DNA of 63,821 bases, counting the filler, from Chiloscyllium plagiosum (Eukaryota): assembly GCF_004010195.1 (NCBI RefSeq). It is 5 parts of one record of this genome, joined end to end, with 100 filler letters (N's around TTAATTAATTAA, not from the genome) between each part and the next. Parts side by side here need not be neighbours in the genome. Positions count along the whole stretch, not along the records: positions 61,131 to 63,821 come from NC_057714.1; 4 more parts are not named here. One strand, written 5' to 3'. Shown here piece after piece: positions 61,840-63,821 of the stretch (within the stretch, counting starts at the first letter, position 1; each line of letters starts with the position of its first letter). The position numbers and the translations under genes are program-made. The notes beneath the pieces are model-generated. The model saw only the letters and a program-made list of their open reading frames with translations, ran no database searches and was not told where the DNA came from.

Positions 61840-62460
61840 AATTGTTTAATGTGGATAAATGCGAGGTTATCCACTTTGGGAGCAAAAATAGGAAAGCAGC
61901 TTATTATTTGAATAGCTGTAAATTGAGAGGGGGGATGTTCAACAAGACCTGGGTGTCCTTTTGTGCCTGTCACTGAAAGTAAACTTGCAGCTGCAGCAGG
62001 CAGTAAAGAAGGCAATCTGCATGTTAGCCTTCATATGAAAAGGATTTGAGAACAGCAACAAGGAACTCTTACTGCAATTATATAGGGCATTGTGAAGCCA
62101 CAACTGGAATATTGTGCACCATTTTGGCCTCATTACCTGAGGAAGGATGTTCTTGCTTTAAAGGGAGTGCAACAAAGGTTTACAAAATTAATTCCTGGGA
62201 TAGCAGGACTAACATAGGAGGGAGGATATGAGGAGTCTTATGGGGAATCAAACATTATAGGGAGAAGGCAGGAGAATGGGGTTGAAACACATCAAGCATG
62301 ATTGAATGATGGAGCAGATTCAATAGGTTGAATGGCCTAATTCAGATCTTACATCTTACGGTCTTACAGAGATTGAGTTAGTTTGGATTGTATTCATTGG
62401 TGTTTCGAAGAATGAGAGAGAATCTCATAGAAATCTAAAATATTAAAAATAATCTCTAAG
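61840..62460 (+). mobile_element. Degenerate CR1 fragment(s)
   Basis: FNVDKCEVIHFG, QQAVKKAICMLAFI and LEYCAPFWPHYLRKDVLAL. Confidence 0.75.
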
Positions 62461-62744
62461 ATAGTGGTGGACTAGCAGCACTGCGTGCCAGCTCCAGAGC
62501 ACATCCACCTCCATCTGCTTTCTTTCTTTAATTTCTTTTCATTCTTGTTCTTTTTCTTCCTCTTTCTGTTTGTCTTTGTTTCTTTTTTCTCTTTGAAGGC
62601 CTTTTTTAGTGTTGTCGGTGGGGCGAGAGCAGACCCAGCCTCCTGAGCGTGTGAAGTGATGGCTGCATCAAGAGAGAGAGAGATCCTACCCTGTGGCACA
62701 GAGAAGAGGGAAAGTCCTTCAGGGTGAAGAGAAGGCAGATCGAG

Positions 62745-63821
62745 TGGTGTGGAGGGGAGACCTAACCTTGCAGTGTGGAGGGGAGAGGAATCCCTGCAGT
62801 GTGGAGGGGAGAGCGGGCTCTGTAGTGTGGAGGGGAGAGCGGGCCCTGTAGTGTGGAGGGAAAAATGGTCGCGGTAGTGGGGAGGGGAGAATGGGCCCTG
62901 TAGTGGGGAGGGGAGAATGGTCCCTGTAGGGCAAGGGGAGAGCGGGTCCTGTAGTGTGGAGAGGAGAACAGTCCCTGTGGTGGGGAGGGGAGAGTTGGCC
63001 TGTACTGTGGAGGTGAGAGCGAGAGCGGGCCCCTGTAGTGTGGATGTGCCCTGGAGCTGGCACGCAGTGCTGCTAGTCCACCACTATCTTAGAGATTATT
63101 TTTAATATTTTAGGTTTCTATGAGATTCTCTCTCATTCTTCGAAACACCAATGAATACAATCCTAACTAACTCAATCTCTGTAAGACCGTAAGATGTAAG
63201 ATCTGAATTAGGCCATTCGACAGTACAGGAATTCCTATAGTGTCTAGGGGAGAGCAGTCCTGTAGTGTGGAGGGGAGAGGGGGCCCTGTATTGTGGAGGG
63301 GAGAGTGGGACCTATGGTGTGGAGAGGAGAACAGACCTTGTAGTGTCGAGGGGACAGTGGGCTCTGTAGTGTGGAGGGGAGAGTGGGCTCTGTAGTGTGG
63401 AGAGGAGAGGGGTCCCTGTAGTGTGGAGGGGAGAGTGATCCCTGTAGTGTGGAGGGGAGAGTGGGCCCTGTAGTAGGGAGGGGAGAGTGGTCCCTGTAGT
63501 GGCGAGGGGAGAGCGGGTCCTGTAGTTTGGAGAAGAGAACAGTTCCTGTAGTGGGGAGGGGAGAGTGGGCCCTGTAGTTTGGAAGGGGGAGCGATCCCTG
63601 TAGTTTGGATGGGGGAGTGGTCCCTGTAGTGTGGAGGGGGGGTGATCCCTGTAGTATTGTGGGGGAGTGGGTCCCTGTAGTGTGGAGGGGGGAGCGATCC
63701 CTGTAGTATTGGTGGCGCGGGGAGTGGTCCCTGTAGTGTGGAGTGGAGAGCAGGCCCAGTAGTGTAGAGAGGAGAGTGGGCCCTGTCGAGGGGAGGGGAG
63801 GATGGGAGGAGGGGAGGAGGG
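62745..63821 (+). repeat. G-rich minisatellite, ~26-bp unit CCTGTAGTGTGGAGGGGAGAGTGGGC, interrupted at 63040-63230
   Basis: About 30 degenerate tandem units running to the window end. Confidence 0.9.

Noticed and set aside
62745..63821. 26-bp array as a CRISPR array or a Pro-rich protein (ORF 62719-63063)
   Set aside because: Head-to-tail degenerate units with no unique spacers in eukaryotic DNA; the ORF is a translation of the repeat.

Overview
This is repeat-rich vertebrate genomic DNA. An elasmobranch (shark/ray) origin is inferred from HE1-type V-SINEs paired with HER1-type CR1 LINEs; the species cannot be read from the sequence. Much of the window is nested retroelements: CR1 LINEs, a second CR1/L2-group LINE, a Rex1 fragment, Penelope-like elements (PLEs), SINEs and two MITEs. 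The only host gene I can recognise is not called as a gene by the ORF track: two tandem minus-strand interleukin-6-like copies (copy A ~48.3-49.8 kb, copy B ~54.6-57.0 kb). Both keep the IL-6 exon 4/5 layout and C-terminal helix; copy B also keeps the C-x9-C-x6-GL-x2-Y-x3-L signature in the ancestral frame. Copy A looks dead. Copy B carries lesions that could add up to an open spliced frame. Three PLE-terminal families carry minimal hammerhead ribozyme motifs, and several PLE-terminal pieces are inserted as short (often hairpin) cassettes with 9-15 bp target-site duplications, two of them inside IL-6 copy B. Several local inverted, templated duplications are also present. Four 100-nt gaps with a TTAATTAATTAA spacer and one 78-N gap are assembly artefacts. 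All alignments were done by eye, and boundaries of degenerate repeats are approximate.
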